From: Macrostomum lignano
Lineage: Eukaryota
Assembly (NCBI GenBank): GCA_002269645.1
Contig: NIVC01004022.1
Location: 79-64,078, forward strand
DNA: 64,000 bases
Direction: 5' to 3'
Each line of letters begins with the position of its first letter. Position 1 is the stretch's first letter. Under the pieces are notes generated by a model. That model searched no databases. It was not told the DNA's origin and worked only from the letters and a program-made list of their open reading frames with translations. Below, in pieces: positions 25,901 to 35,741 of this stretch. The position numbers and the translations under genes were made by a program.

Positions 25901-28900
25901 CTCCATCTGTTCCCTACTCGAACTTACAGACTCCCAAGTCCCCCTGCTCAGTACATTAATATGCAGAAAGTACTTTAGTGTACTTCGACAGAACCATTGT
26001 GAGTACGAAGCTGAAAACTGAGATCTGGAAGGAAACATTATCAATCTAGAAGCCTACAAGACGCCAAGGCTCCATCTGTTCCCTACTCGAACTTACAGAC
26101 TCCCAAGTCCCCCCTGCTCAGTACATTAATATGCAGAAAGTACTTTAGTGTACTTCGACAGAACCATTGTGAGTACGAAGCTGAAAACTGAGATCTGGAA
26201 GGAAACATTATCAATCTAGAAGCCTACAAGACGCCAAGGCTCCATCTGTTCCCTACTCGAACTTACAGACTCCCAAGTCCCCCCTGCTCAGTACATTAAT
26301 ATGCAGAAAGTACTTTAGTGTACTTCGACAGAACCATTGTGAGTACGAAGCTGAAAACTGAGATCTGGAAGGAAACATTATCAATCTAGAAGCCTACAAG
26401 ACGCCAAGGCTCCATCTGTTCCCTACTCGAACTTACAGACTCCCAAGTCCCCCTGCTCAGTACATTAATATGCAGAAAGTACTTTAGTGTACTTCGACAG
26501 AACCATTGTGAGTACGAAGCTGAAAACTGAGATCTGGAAGGAAACATTATCAATCTAGAAGCCTACAAGACGCCAAGGCTCCATCTGTTCCCTACTCGAA
26601 CTTACAGACTCCCAAGTCCCCCCTGCTCAGTACATTAATATGCAGAAAGTACTTTAGTGTACTTCGACAGAACCATTGTGAGTACGAAGCTGAAAACTGA
26701 GATCTGGAAGGAAACATTATCAATCTAGAAGCCTACAAGACGCCAAGGCTCCATCTGTTCCCTACTCGAACTTACAGACTCCCAAGTCCCCCCTGCTCAG
26801 TACATTAATATGCAGAAAGTACTTTAGTGTACTTCGACAGAACCATTGTGAGTACGAAGCTGAAAACTGAGATCTGGAAGGAAACATTATCAATCTAGAA
26901 GCCTACAAGACGCCAAGGCTCCATCTGTTCCCTACTCGAACTTACAGACTCCCAAGTCCCCCCTGCTCAGTACATTAATATGCAGAAAGTACTTTAGTGT
27001 ACTTCGACAGAACCATTGTGAGTACGAAGCTGAAAACTGAGATCTGGAAGGAAACATTATCAATCTAGAAGCCTACAAGACGCCAAGGCTCCATCTGTTC
27101 CCTACTCGAACTTACAGACTCCCAAGTCCCCCCTGCTCAGTACATTAATATGCAGAAAGTACTTTAGTGTACTTCGACAGAACCATTGTGAGTACGAAGC
27201 TGAAAACTGAGATCTGGAAGGAAACATTATCAATCTAGAAGCCTACAAGACGCCAAGGCTCCATCTGTTCCCTACTCGAACTTACAGACTCCCAAGTCCC
27301 CCCTGCTCAGTACATTAATATGCAGAAAGTACTTTAGTGTACTTCGACAGAACCATTGTGAGTACGAAGCTGAAAACTGAGATCTGGAAGGAAACATTAT
27401 CAATCTAGAAGCCTACAAGACGCCAAGGCTCCATCTGTTCCCTACTCGAACTTACAGACTCCCAAGTCCCCCCTGCTCAGTACATTAATATGCAGAAAGT
27501 ACTTTAGTGTACTTCGACAGAACCATTGTGAGTACGAAGCTGAAAACTGAGATCTGGAAGGAAACATTATCAATCTAGAAGCCTACAAGACGCCAAGGCT
27601 CCATCTGTTCCCTACTCGAACTTACAGACTCCCAAGTCCCCCCTGCTCAGTACATTAATATGCAGAAAGTACTTTAGTGTACTTCGACAGAACCATTGTG
27701 AGTACGAAGCTGAAAACTGAGATCTGGAAGGAAACATTATCAATCTAGAAGCCTACAAGACGCCAAGGCTCCATCTGTTCCCTACTCGAACTTACAGACT
27801 CCCAAGTCCCCCCTGCTCAGTACATTAATATGCAGAAAGTACTTTAGTGTACTTCGACAGAACCATTGTGAGTACGAAGCTGAAAACTGAGATCTGGAAG
27901 GAAACATTATCAATCTAGAAGCCTACAAGACGCCAAGGCTCCATCTGTTCCCTACTCGAACTTACAGACTCCCAAGTCCCCCCTGCTCAGTACATTAATA
28001 TGCAGAAAGTACTTTAGTGTACTTCGACAGAACCATTGTGAGTACGAAGCTGAAAACTGAGATCTGGAAGGAAACATTATCAATCTAGAAGCCTACAAGA
28101 CGCCAAGGCTCCATCTGTTCCCTACTCGAACTTACAGACTCCCAAGTCCCCCTGCTCAGTACATTAATATGCAGAAAGTACTTTAGTGTACTTCGACAGA
28201 ACCATTGTGAGTACGAAGCTGAAAACTGTGAGTACGAAGCTGAAAACTGAGATCTGGAAGGAAACATTATCAATCTAGAAGCCTACAAGACGCCAAGGCT
28301 CCATCTGTTCCCTACTCGAACTTACAGACTCCCAAGTCCCCCTGCTCAGTACATTGCAGAAAGTACTTTAGTGTACTTCGACAGGAACCATTGTGAGTAC
28401 GAAGCTGAAAACTGAGATCTGGAAGGAAACATTATCAATCTAGAAGCCTACAAGACGCCAAGGCTCCATCTGTTCCCTACTCGAACTTACAGACTCCCAA
28501 GTCCCCCCTGCTCAGTACATCAATGCAGAAAGTACTTTAGTGTACTTCGACAGGAACCATTGTGAGTACGAAGCTGAAAACTGAGATCTGGAAGGAAACA
28601 TTATCAATCTAGAAGCCTACAAGACGCCAAGGCTCCATCTGTTCCCTACTCGAACTTACAGACTCCCAAGTCCCCCTGCTCAGTACATAATATGCAGAAA
28701 GTACTTTAGTGTACTTCGACAGGAACCATTGTGAGTACGAAGCTGAAAACTGAGATCTGGAAGGAAACATTATCAATCTAGAAGCCTACAAGACGCCAAG
28801 GCTCCATCTGTTCCCTACTCGAACTTACAGACTCCCAAGTCCCCCCTGCTCAGTACATTAATATGCAGAAAGTACTTTAGTGTACTTCGACAGGAACCAT

Positions 28901-29880
28901 TGTGAGTACGAAGCTGAAAACTGAGATCTGGAAGGAAACATTATCAATCTAGAAGCCTACAAGACGCCAAGGCTCCATCTGTTCCCTACTCGAACTTACA
29001 GACTCCCAAGTCCCCCTGCTCAGTACACTCAGCTGCAGAAAGTACTTTAGTGTACTTCGACAGGAACCATTGTGAGTACGAAGCTGAAAACTGAGATCTG
29101 GAAGGAAACATTATCAATCTAGAAGCCTACAAGACGCCAAGGCTCCATCTGTTCCCTACTCGAACTTACAGACTCCCAAGGCCCCCCCCCCTGCTCAGTA
29201 CATTAATATGCAGAAAGTACTTTAGTGTACTTCGACAGGAACCATTGTGAGTACGAAGCTGAAAACTGAGATCTGGAAGGAAACATTATCAATCTAGAAG
29301 CCTACAAGACGCCAAGGCTCCATCTGTTCCCTACTCGAACTTACAGACTCCCAAGTCCCCCCTGCTCAGTACATTAATATGCAGAAAGTACTTTAGTGTA
29401 CTTCGACAGGAACCATTGTGAGTACGAAGCTGAAAACTGAGATCTGGAAGGAAACATTATCAATCTAGAAGCCTGAGAGACGCCAAGGCTCCATCTGTTC
29501 CCTACTCGAACTTACAGACTCCCAAGTCCCCCCTGCTCAGTACACTCAGCTGCAGAAAGTACTTTAGTGTACTTCGACAGGAACCATTGTGAGTACGAAG
29601 CTGAAAACTGAGATCTGGAAGGAAACATTATCAATCTAGAAGCCTGCAAGACGCCAAGGCTCCATCCGTTCCCTACTCGAACTTACAGACTCCCAAGTCC
29701 CCCCTGCTCAGTACATTAATATGCAGAAAGTACTTTAGTGTACTTCGACAGGAACCATTGTGAGTACGAAGCTTAAAACTGAGATCTGGAAGGAAACATT
29801 ATCAATCTAGAAGCCTACAAGACGCCAAGGCTCCATCTGTTCGAACTTACAGACTCTTTAATGCCCCCCTCAGTCCATTA
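7946..29880 (+). repeat. Satellite array 1, 170-171 bp monomer, about 129 copies
   Basis: 171 bp monomer: aaagtactttagtgtacttcgacaggaaccattgtgagtacgaagctgaaaactgagatctggaaggaaacattatcaatctagaagcctacaagacgccaaggctccatctgttccctactcgaacttacagactcccaagtcccccctgctcagtacattaatatgcag. The core has a 170 bp period (register recurs at 17821 and 18841, 6 x 170). Confidence 0.98.
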
Positions 29881-30373
29881 TCCCCTCTCAGACGGCAGGG
29901 CGCTGTGTGTTGCTTCTGTTGCGGCACTGCCATTTGCGACGTTAATTGTTAAAGCCTGGAATTACTTGTGGTACTAATAGATAATAGGTCTTTGTTGGAA
30001 GTTGTCGCTTTTGTTTATTTTGTTTGATGTGCCTTTTGTCAGACGTTTTCGGTGTCTTTTTTGTAATACTTTTATCTTTCGTCTGATGCTGTCAATGTGC
30101 TCTGTGGTGTCTTCTGTCTGTTGTTATTCCCTCTTAGTTCCTGTTCGCCGCACTAAACCCCGTCTGTAAGCCCCCAATTCTTATGTTGTTAGTCTCATGG
30201 TATGAAAGAGCTTTACGCTTAGATCTGCCCGATTGAATGGATCGTCTAATAAGGATGCTTCTGCTTAATTCCATGGACGACGATTCCCCATTGCTCACTC
30301 CATATATGCAGCTGCTTTCATTGTTGTCCAACTTAAACTCGCCATCATAGCTTTCTGTCTTGTCTTTCAAATC

Positions 30374-32029
30374 ATGAGTCTCTTCATTCGCATTTGCCTA
30401 CTGGCTGCTCTTGTGTTGCTTTGTGACGGAACGCACAATCGGCGCATATCGTTTCTGGATTTGTCCAAAAATTTGTTTCAAGAGTACAGTGACGAAAGTC
30501 TTAGAAAGTCCTTTCGCTGCCCATATGGTGCTTGCGGGCAAATACTTGCAAAAATCTCAGCAAAAAATAGTTTAGAAAATCGTCGAATTGTATGGCTATT
30601 CTACCAAAGGAAGCTCGTTGGAGGTAAGTCAACTATACCGACTAAATCTAGTAACATATTTTCCATTCCAAATGATAGGAGGAAAGCTTCTTTTGTTGCT
30701 GGTAGGAGTGCTGCTGGTGCTGCTGGTGTTGCTTTGAGAGGTGCTGCTGGTGTTGCTTTGAGAGGTGCTGCTGGTGTTGCTTTGAGAGGTGCTGCTGGTG
30801 TTGCTTTGAGAGGTGCTGCTGGTGTTGCTTTGAGAGGTGCTGCTGGTGTTGCTTTGAGAGGTGCTGCTGGTGTTGCTTTGAGAGGTGCTGCTGGTGTTGC
30901 TTTGAGAGGTGCTGCTGGTGTTGCCGCGAGGAGTGCTGCTTCTGTTGCTGGGAGGAGTGCTGCTGGTGTTGCTGGGAGGAGTGCTGCTGGTGCTGCTGGG
31001 AGGAGTGCTGCTGGTGCTGCTGGGAGGAGTGCTGCTGGTGCTGCTGGTGTTGCTTTGAGAGGTGCTGCTGGTGTTGCTTTGAGAGGTGCTGCTGGTGTTG
31101 CTTTGAGAGGTGCTGCTGGTGTTGCTTTGAGGGGTGCTGCTGGTGTTGCCGCGAGGAGTGCTGCTGGTGCTGCTGGGAGGAGTGCTGCTGGTGCTGCTGG
31201 TGTTGCTTTGAGAGGTGCTGCTGGTGTTGCTTTGAGAGGTGCTGCTGGTGTTGCTTTGAGAGGTGCTGCTGGTGTTGCTTTGAGAGGTGCTGCTGGTGTT
31301 GCCGCGAGGAGTGCTGCTTCTGTTGCTGGGAGGAGTGCTGCTGGTGTTGCTGGGAGGAGTGCTGCTGGTGCTGCTGGGAGGAGTGCTGCTGGTGCTGCTG
31401 GGAGGAGTGCTGCTGGTGCTGCTGGTGTTGCTTTGAGAGGTGCTGCTGGTGTTGCTTTGAGAGGTGCTGCTGGTGTTGCTTTGAGAGGTGCTGCTGGTGT
31501 TGCTTTGAGGGGTGCTGCTGGTGTTGCCGCGAGGAGTGCTGCTGGTGCTGCTGGGAGGAGTGCTGCTGGTGCTGCTGGTGTTGCTTTGAGAGGTGCTGCT
31601 GGTGTTGCTTTGAGAGGTGCTGCTGGTGTTGCTTTGAGAGGTGCTGCTGGTGTTGCTTTGAGAGGTGCTGCTGGTGTTGCTTTGAGAGGTGCTGCTGGTG
31701 TTGCTTTGAGAGGTGCTGCTGGTGTTGCTTTGAGAGGTGCTGCTGGTGTTGCTTTGAGAGGTGCTGCTGGTGTTGCTTTGAGAGGTGCTGCTGGTGTTGC
31801 TTTGAGAGGTGCTGCTGGTGTTGCTTTGAGAGGTGCTGCTGGTGTTGCTTTGAGAGGTGCTGCTGGTGTTGCTTTGAGAGGTGCTGCTGGTGTTGCTTTG
31901 AGGGGTGCTGCTGGTGTTGCCGCGAGGAGTGCTGCTTCTGTTGCTGGGAGGAGTGCTGCTGGTGTTGCTGGGAGGAGTGCTGCTGGTGCTGCTGGAGGAG
32001 TGCTGCTGGTGCTGCTGGTGTTGCTTTGA
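30374..32029 (+). CDS. ORF with a 105 aa unique N-terminus running into (GAAGVALR/SAAGVAGR)n; probable 5' part of the transposase gene
   Basis: Open frame. It ends only because one G is missing from a GGG run at 31994-31995 (gctggaggag versus gctgggaggag elsewhere). The true start is uncertain. Confidence 0.45.
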   Translation: MSLFIRICLLAALVLLCDGTHNRRISFLDLSKNLFQEYSDESLRKSFRCPYGACGQILAKISAKNSLENRRIVWLFYQRKLVGGKSTIPTKSSNIFSIPNDRRKASFVAGRSAAGAAGVALRGAAGVALRGAAGVALRGAAGVALRGAAGVALRGAAGVALRGAAGVALRGAAGVALRGAAGVAARSAASVAGRSAAGVAGRSAAGAAGRSAAGAAGRSAAGAAGVALRGAAGVALRGAAGVALRGAAGVALRGAAGVAARSAAGAAGRSAAGAAGVALRGAAGVALRGAAGVALRGAAGVALRGAAGVAARSAASVAGRSAAGVAGRSAAGAAGRSAAGAAGRSAAGAAGVALRGAAGVALRGAAGVALRGAAGVALRGAAGVAARSAAGAAGRSAAGAAGVALRGAAGVALRGAAGVALRGAAGVALRGAAGVALRGAAGVALRGAAGVALRGAAGVALRGAAGVALRGAAGVALRGAAGVALRGAAGVALRGAAGVALRGAAGVALRGAAGVAARSAASVAGRSAAGVAGRSAAGAAGGVLLVLLVLL

Positions 32030-33680
32030 GAGGTGCTGCTGGTGTTGCTTTGAGAGGTGCTGCTGGTGTTGCTTTGAGAGGTGCTGCTGGTGTTGCTTTG
32101 AGAGGTGCTGCTGGTGTTGCTTTGAGAGGTGCTGCTGGTGTTGCTTTGAGAGGTGCTGCTGGTGTTGCTTTGAGAGGTGCTGCTGGTGTTGCTTTGAGAG
32201 GTGCTGCTGGTGTTGCTTTGAGAGGTGCTGCTGGTGTTGCCGCGAGGGGTGCTGCTGGTGTTGCCGCGAGGAGTGCTGCTTCTGTTGCTGGGAGGAGTGC
32301 TGCTGGTGTTGCTGGGAGGAGTGCTGCTGGTGCTGCTGGGAGGAGTGCTGCTGGTGCTGCTGGTGTTGCTTTGAGAGGTGCTGCTGGTGTTGCTTTGAGA
32401 GGTGCTGCTGGTGTTGCTTTGAGAGGTGCTGCTGGTGTTGCTTTGAGAGGTGCTGCTGGTGTTGCTTTGAGAGGTGCTGCTGGTGTTGCTTTGAGAGGTG
32501 CTGCTGGTGTTGCTTTGAGAGGTGCTGCTGGTGTTGCCGCGAGGGGTGCTGCTGGTGTTGCCGCGAGGAGTGCTGCTTCTGTTGCTGGGAGGAGTGCTGC
32601 TGGTGTTGCTGGGAGGAGTGCTGCTGGTGCTGCTGGGAGGAGTGCTGCTGGTGCTGCTGGTGTTGCTTTGAGAAGTGCTGCTGGTGTTGCTTTGAGGGGT
32701 GCTGCTGGTGTTGCTGGGAGGAGTGCTGCTTGTGCTGCTGGGAGGAGTGCTGCTGGTGTTGCTTTGAGAGGTGCTGCTGGTGTTGCTGGGAGGAGTGCTG
32801 CTGGTGCTGCTGGTGTTGCTTTGAGAGGTGCTGCTGGTGTTGCTTTGAGAGGTGCTGCTGGTGTTGCTTTGAGAGGTGCTGCTGGTGTTGCTTTGAGAGG
32901 TGCTGCTGGTGTTGCCGCGAGGGGTGCTGCTGGTGTTGCCGCGAGGAGTGCTGCTTCTGTTGCTGGGAGGAGTGCTGCTGGTGTTGCTGGGAGGAGTGCT
33001 GCTGGTGCTGCTGGGAGGAGTGCTGCTGGTGCTGCTGGTGTTGCTTTGAGAAGTGCTGCTGGTGTTGCTTTGAGGGGTGCTGCTGGTGTTGCTGGGAGGA
33101 GTGCTGCTTGTGCTGCTGGGAGGAGTGCTGCTGGTGTTGCTTTGAGAGGTGCTGCTGGTGTTGCTGGGAGGAGTGCTGCTGGTGCTGCTGGTGTTGCTGG
33201 GAGGAGTGCTGCTGGTGTTGCTGGGAGGAGTGCTGTCGGTGTTGCTGGGAGGAGTGCTGCTGGTGCTGCTGGTGTTGCTGGGAGGAGTGCTGTCGGTGTT
33301 GCTGGGAGGAGTGCTGCTGGTGCTGCTGGTGTTGCTGGGAGGAGTGCTGCTGGTGTTGCTGGGAGGAGTGCTGTCGGTGTTGCTGGGAGGAGTGCTGCTG
33401 GTGTTGCTGGGAGGAGTGCTGTCGGTGTTGCTGGGAGGAGTGCTGCTGGTGCGGCTGGTGTTGCTGGGAGGAGTGCTGCTGGTGTTGCTGGGAGGAGTGC
33501 TGCTTCTGTTGCTGGGAGGAGTGCTGCTTCTGTTGCTGGGAGGAGTGCTGCTTCTGTTGCTGGGAGGAGTGCTTCTGGTGTTGCTGGGAGGAGTGCTGCT
33601 GGTGCTGCTGGTGTTGCTGGTGTTGCTGGTGTTGCCTGTGTTGCTGGGAGGAGTGCTGCCGGTGTTGTTGGTGCTGCTAG
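30693..33680 (+). repeat. 24 bp tandem repeat with higher-order blocks (ggtgctgctggtgttgctttgaga / agtgctgctggtgttgctgggagg)
   Basis: Read directly. Blocks of (GAAGVALR)n-GAAGVAAR-SAASVAGR-SAAGVAGR-SAAGAAGR recur. Confidence 0.95.
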
Positions 33681-34164
33681 GAGGGCTGGTGCTGGGAGTG
33701 ATGATGTTGGGAGTGATGCTGCTGGGAGTGATGATGTTGTGAGTGATGCTGCTGGGAGTGATGATGTTGGGAGTGATGATGCTGGGAGTGATGATGTTGG
33801 GAGTGATGCTGCTGGGAGTGATGCTGGTCGGAGTGATGCTGCTGGGAGTGATGATGTTGTGAGTGATGCTGCTGGGAGTGATGATGTTGGGAGTGATGCT
33901 GCTGGGAGTGATGCTGCTGGGAGTGATGATGTTGGGAGTGATGATGCTGGGAGTGATGATGCTGGGAGTGATGATGTTGGGAGTGATGATGCTGGGAGTG
34001 ATGCTGCTGGGAGTGATGCTGCTGGAAGTGATGATGTTGGGAGTGATGATGCTGGGAGTGATGATGCTGGGAGTGATGATGTTGGGAGTGATGCTGCTGG
34101 GAGTGATGATGTTGTGAGTGATGCTGCTGGGAGTGATGATGTTGGAGTGATGATGCTGGGATGA
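32026..34164 (+). CDS. Continuation of the repeat ORF: Gly/Ala/Arg repeats, then acidic GSDDV/GSDAA repeats
   Basis: Same peptide repeat as 30374-32029 after a 1-base shift. The acidic frame resumes at about 34292 and runs into transposase-like sequence. Confidence 0.45.
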   Translation: MRGAAGVALRGAAGVALRGAAGVALRGAAGVALRGAAGVALRGAAGVALRGAAGVALRGAAGVALRGAAGVAARGAAGVAARSAASVAGRSAAGVAGRSAAGAAGRSAAGAAGVALRGAAGVALRGAAGVALRGAAGVALRGAAGVALRGAAGVALRGAAGVALRGAAGVAARGAAGVAARSAASVAGRSAAGVAGRSAAGAAGRSAAGAAGVALRSAAGVALRGAAGVAGRSAACAAGRSAAGVALRGAAGVAGRSAAGAAGVALRGAAGVALRGAAGVALRGAAGVALRGAAGVAARGAAGVAARSAASVAGRSAAGVAGRSAAGAAGRSAAGAAGVALRSAAGVALRGAAGVAGRSAACAAGRSAAGVALRGAAGVAGRSAAGAAGVAGRSAAGVAGRSAVGVAGRSAAGAAGVAGRSAVGVAGRSAAGAAGVAGRSAAGVAGRSAVGVAGRSAAGVAGRSAVGVAGRSAAGAAGVAGRSAAGVAGRSAASVAGRSAASVAGRSAASVAGRSASGVAGRSAAGAAGVAGVAGVACVAGRSAAGVVGAARRAGAGSDDVGSDAAGSDDVVSDAAGSDDVGSDDAGSDDVGSDAAGSDAGRSDAAGSDDVVSDAAGSDDVGSDAAGSDAAGSDDVGSDDAGSDDAGSDDVGSDDAGSDAAGSDAAGSDDVGSDDAGSDDAGSDDVGSDAAGSDDVVSDAAGSDDVGVMMLG

Positions 34165-34365
34165 TGCTGGGTGATGTGATGCTGAGTGATGAGTGATGAT
34201 GCTGGGAGTGATGCTGGAGTGATGCTGGAGTGATGCTGCTGGGAGTGATGATGTTGTGAGTGAGTGATGCTGGGAGTGATGCTGCTAGTGAAGTGATGAT
34301 GCTGTGAGTGATGATGATTGGAGTGATGCTGGTCGGAGTGATGATGCGGAGAGCAGTGATGCTGT
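33681..34365 (+). repeat. 15 bp tandem repeat (gggagtgatgatgtt / gggagtgatgctgct), degenerate after 34140
   Basis: Read directly. Confidence 0.92.
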
Positions 34366-34413
34366 GAAGCAATTTCATTATTCTAATTTTATTATTAAGT
34401 TGTCTTTTGATGT

Positions 34414-35688
34414 GTGGCAAGAAATATGAAAATTAGGCAGAGTCAGAAGAATTATGCTGCACTCACGCGGAGTGCAGCATCATGGTGGCTAGATACGTTG
34501 AGGGAAAACTATCGAAGCTATTGCTCTGCTAGTGAACAGGGAAGTAATTGTGTGTTAAAATTCAAAAATCGCTATGTGAACTTTCCGTGTTCCAAAAGGC
34601 AAAACCCAAAATATTTTTTAAAACAAGTCGCTTTTTGTCAGCACGCTGGTTGCGAGATTGTTCACGATTTCAGAATTTCCAACGTACCCACCTCAAATCA
34701 GCCAGTGGAGGTAGTGGTACATAGCAGGGGCAGAAAATGTCACCAAAAAGCTACGATTTCGAGAATGACCCCTGCGGAGGCGCAAAAGATAACGAAGCTG
34801 CTTGAAGCCGATGCACCAACAGAGGTTCACGATAGGCTTCTTTCCGAAATGTCTAAGAGAGACACAGACGAGTACAACTTCTCAAGAGCAAAGAATTTAG
34901 ATGCCATTCGGCGCGTCAATGCAAAGCGCATTGTCTCTGCTGAAGATCGTCTCCACAATAATGTTGAAGTCGAACTCTCTGTGCAGCAGCAAATTTTGCA
35001 CGATACAGATGTGGAGAGTAAGTACGTGCTAGGCTACATTCAAGCCACATCACGTCGCCCTTTTCACATTCATTTGTATCTGGAAAAGCAACTTGAATTA
35101 ATAGTCAACAGGCCTCAGTGTGTATTGCATCTTGACGCGACTGGCGGCATTTTCAAAAAGATCCAGCGCCTAGGCAAAAAGATGATGCTGTACTCCCTAG
35201 TACTTCCCTCCGCCAACCAGGAAACACGCAGTGTACCAGTGGCTGAGATGGTTACAAGCGATCATAAAACAAAATCAATTCAACATTTCCTATTCTCTGT
35301 GCGAGCTGATTTAGGAGCACTCGCTTCCGGCACACTGATGTCATACGAGTTTATGCCGGCTGTAATTGTCACCGACTTTTCATGGGCGATGTTGCATTCA
35401 GTTTGTCGGTCATTTGGAAACAGCTTAGAGGAATACCTGGTCGATTCATTCGAGGCAGTTCACAGTGGGAGGTCCATATCGTACACGATTCCGTTTATTT
35501 GCACCAATCATGCAATTCATGCATTTGCCCGAGGCATCAAAGCAAAAGGAACTGTCGAAAAAGCCGTTCGAGAACTTTTTATAAATTCATTTGTTCTGCT
35601 TATTCATCAGGAAACCTTTGAGGCGTTCGAGTTCACATTGAATATCGTAACAGAAACATTCCTAGGGCAGCGCCATCCTCGGACTTAA
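34414..35688 (+). CDS. Mutator-superfamily (NOF/Foldback-type) DDE transposase, catalytic core
   Basis: LHLDATGG (D at 35134), LYSLV, PVAEMVTSDH, IVTDFSWAML (D at 35374), CTNH (CxxH, 35500-35511). An upstream frame (34382-34426) gives SNFIIKLSFDVWQE, which joins this ORF if one A is added to the run at 34422-34424. Confidence 0.8.
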   Translation: MARNMKIRQSQKNYAALTRSAASWWLDTLRENYRSYCSASEQGSNCVLKFKNRYVNFPCSKRQNPKYFLKQVAFCQHAGCEIVHDFRISNVPTSNQPVEVVVHSRGRKCHQKATISRMTPAEAQKITKLLEADAPTEVHDRLLSEMSKRDTDEYNFSRAKNLDAIRRVNAKRIVSAEDRLHNNVEVELSVQQQILHDTDVESKYVLGYIQATSRRPFHIHLYLEKQLELIVNRPQCVLHLDATGGIFKKIQRLGKKMMLYSLVLPSANQETRSVPVAEMVTSDHKTKSIQHFLFSVRADLGALASGTLMSYEFMPAVIVTDFSWAMLHSVCRSFGNSLEEYLVDSFEAVHSGRSISYTIPFICTNHAIHAFARGIKAKGTVEKAVRELFINSFVLLIHQETFEAFEFTLNIVTETFLGQRHPRT

Positions 35689-35741
35689 TAAATCAAATCA
35701 ATCAATGGGAAACGACTCACACCACAACCGATGAAAACATT

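Noticed and set aside
28085-28273. 62 aa ORF inside the satellite
   Set aside because: It is produced by a local 21 bp duplication (28206-28247) in one monomer.
7946-29880. CRISPR array
   Set aside because: The monomers are head-to-tail with no unique spacers, there are no cas genes, and the context is eukaryotic.
30374-30430. Signal peptide implying a secreted silk-like or neuropeptide precursor
   Set aside because: The frame is open and equally hydrophobic for about 35 codons upstream of the Met, which reflects a T-rich strand. There are no dibasic cleavage sites, and the repeat continues into a transposase. Not fully excluded.
31905-33680. 591 aa Cys/Trp-rich ORF (CCWCCFER)n as a metallothionein- or keratin-like protein
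   Set aside because: It is an alternative frame of the 24 bp repeat and has no unique coding sequence at either end.
33149-34117. Hydrophobic (LLGGV/MLGVM)n ORFs
   Set aside because: Out-of-frame readings of the same repeats.
33677-34420. His/Gln-rich minus-strand ORF (QHHHS)n
   Set aside because: It is the antisense reading of the 15 bp repeat. The plus-strand acidic frame is the one that runs into transposase motifs.
30624-34421. A single intron removing the whole repeat
   Set aside because: The donor is phase 1. The two candidate acceptors (34399, 34421) both lead to an immediate stop in the sequence as given. It stays open only if the base errors are corrected.
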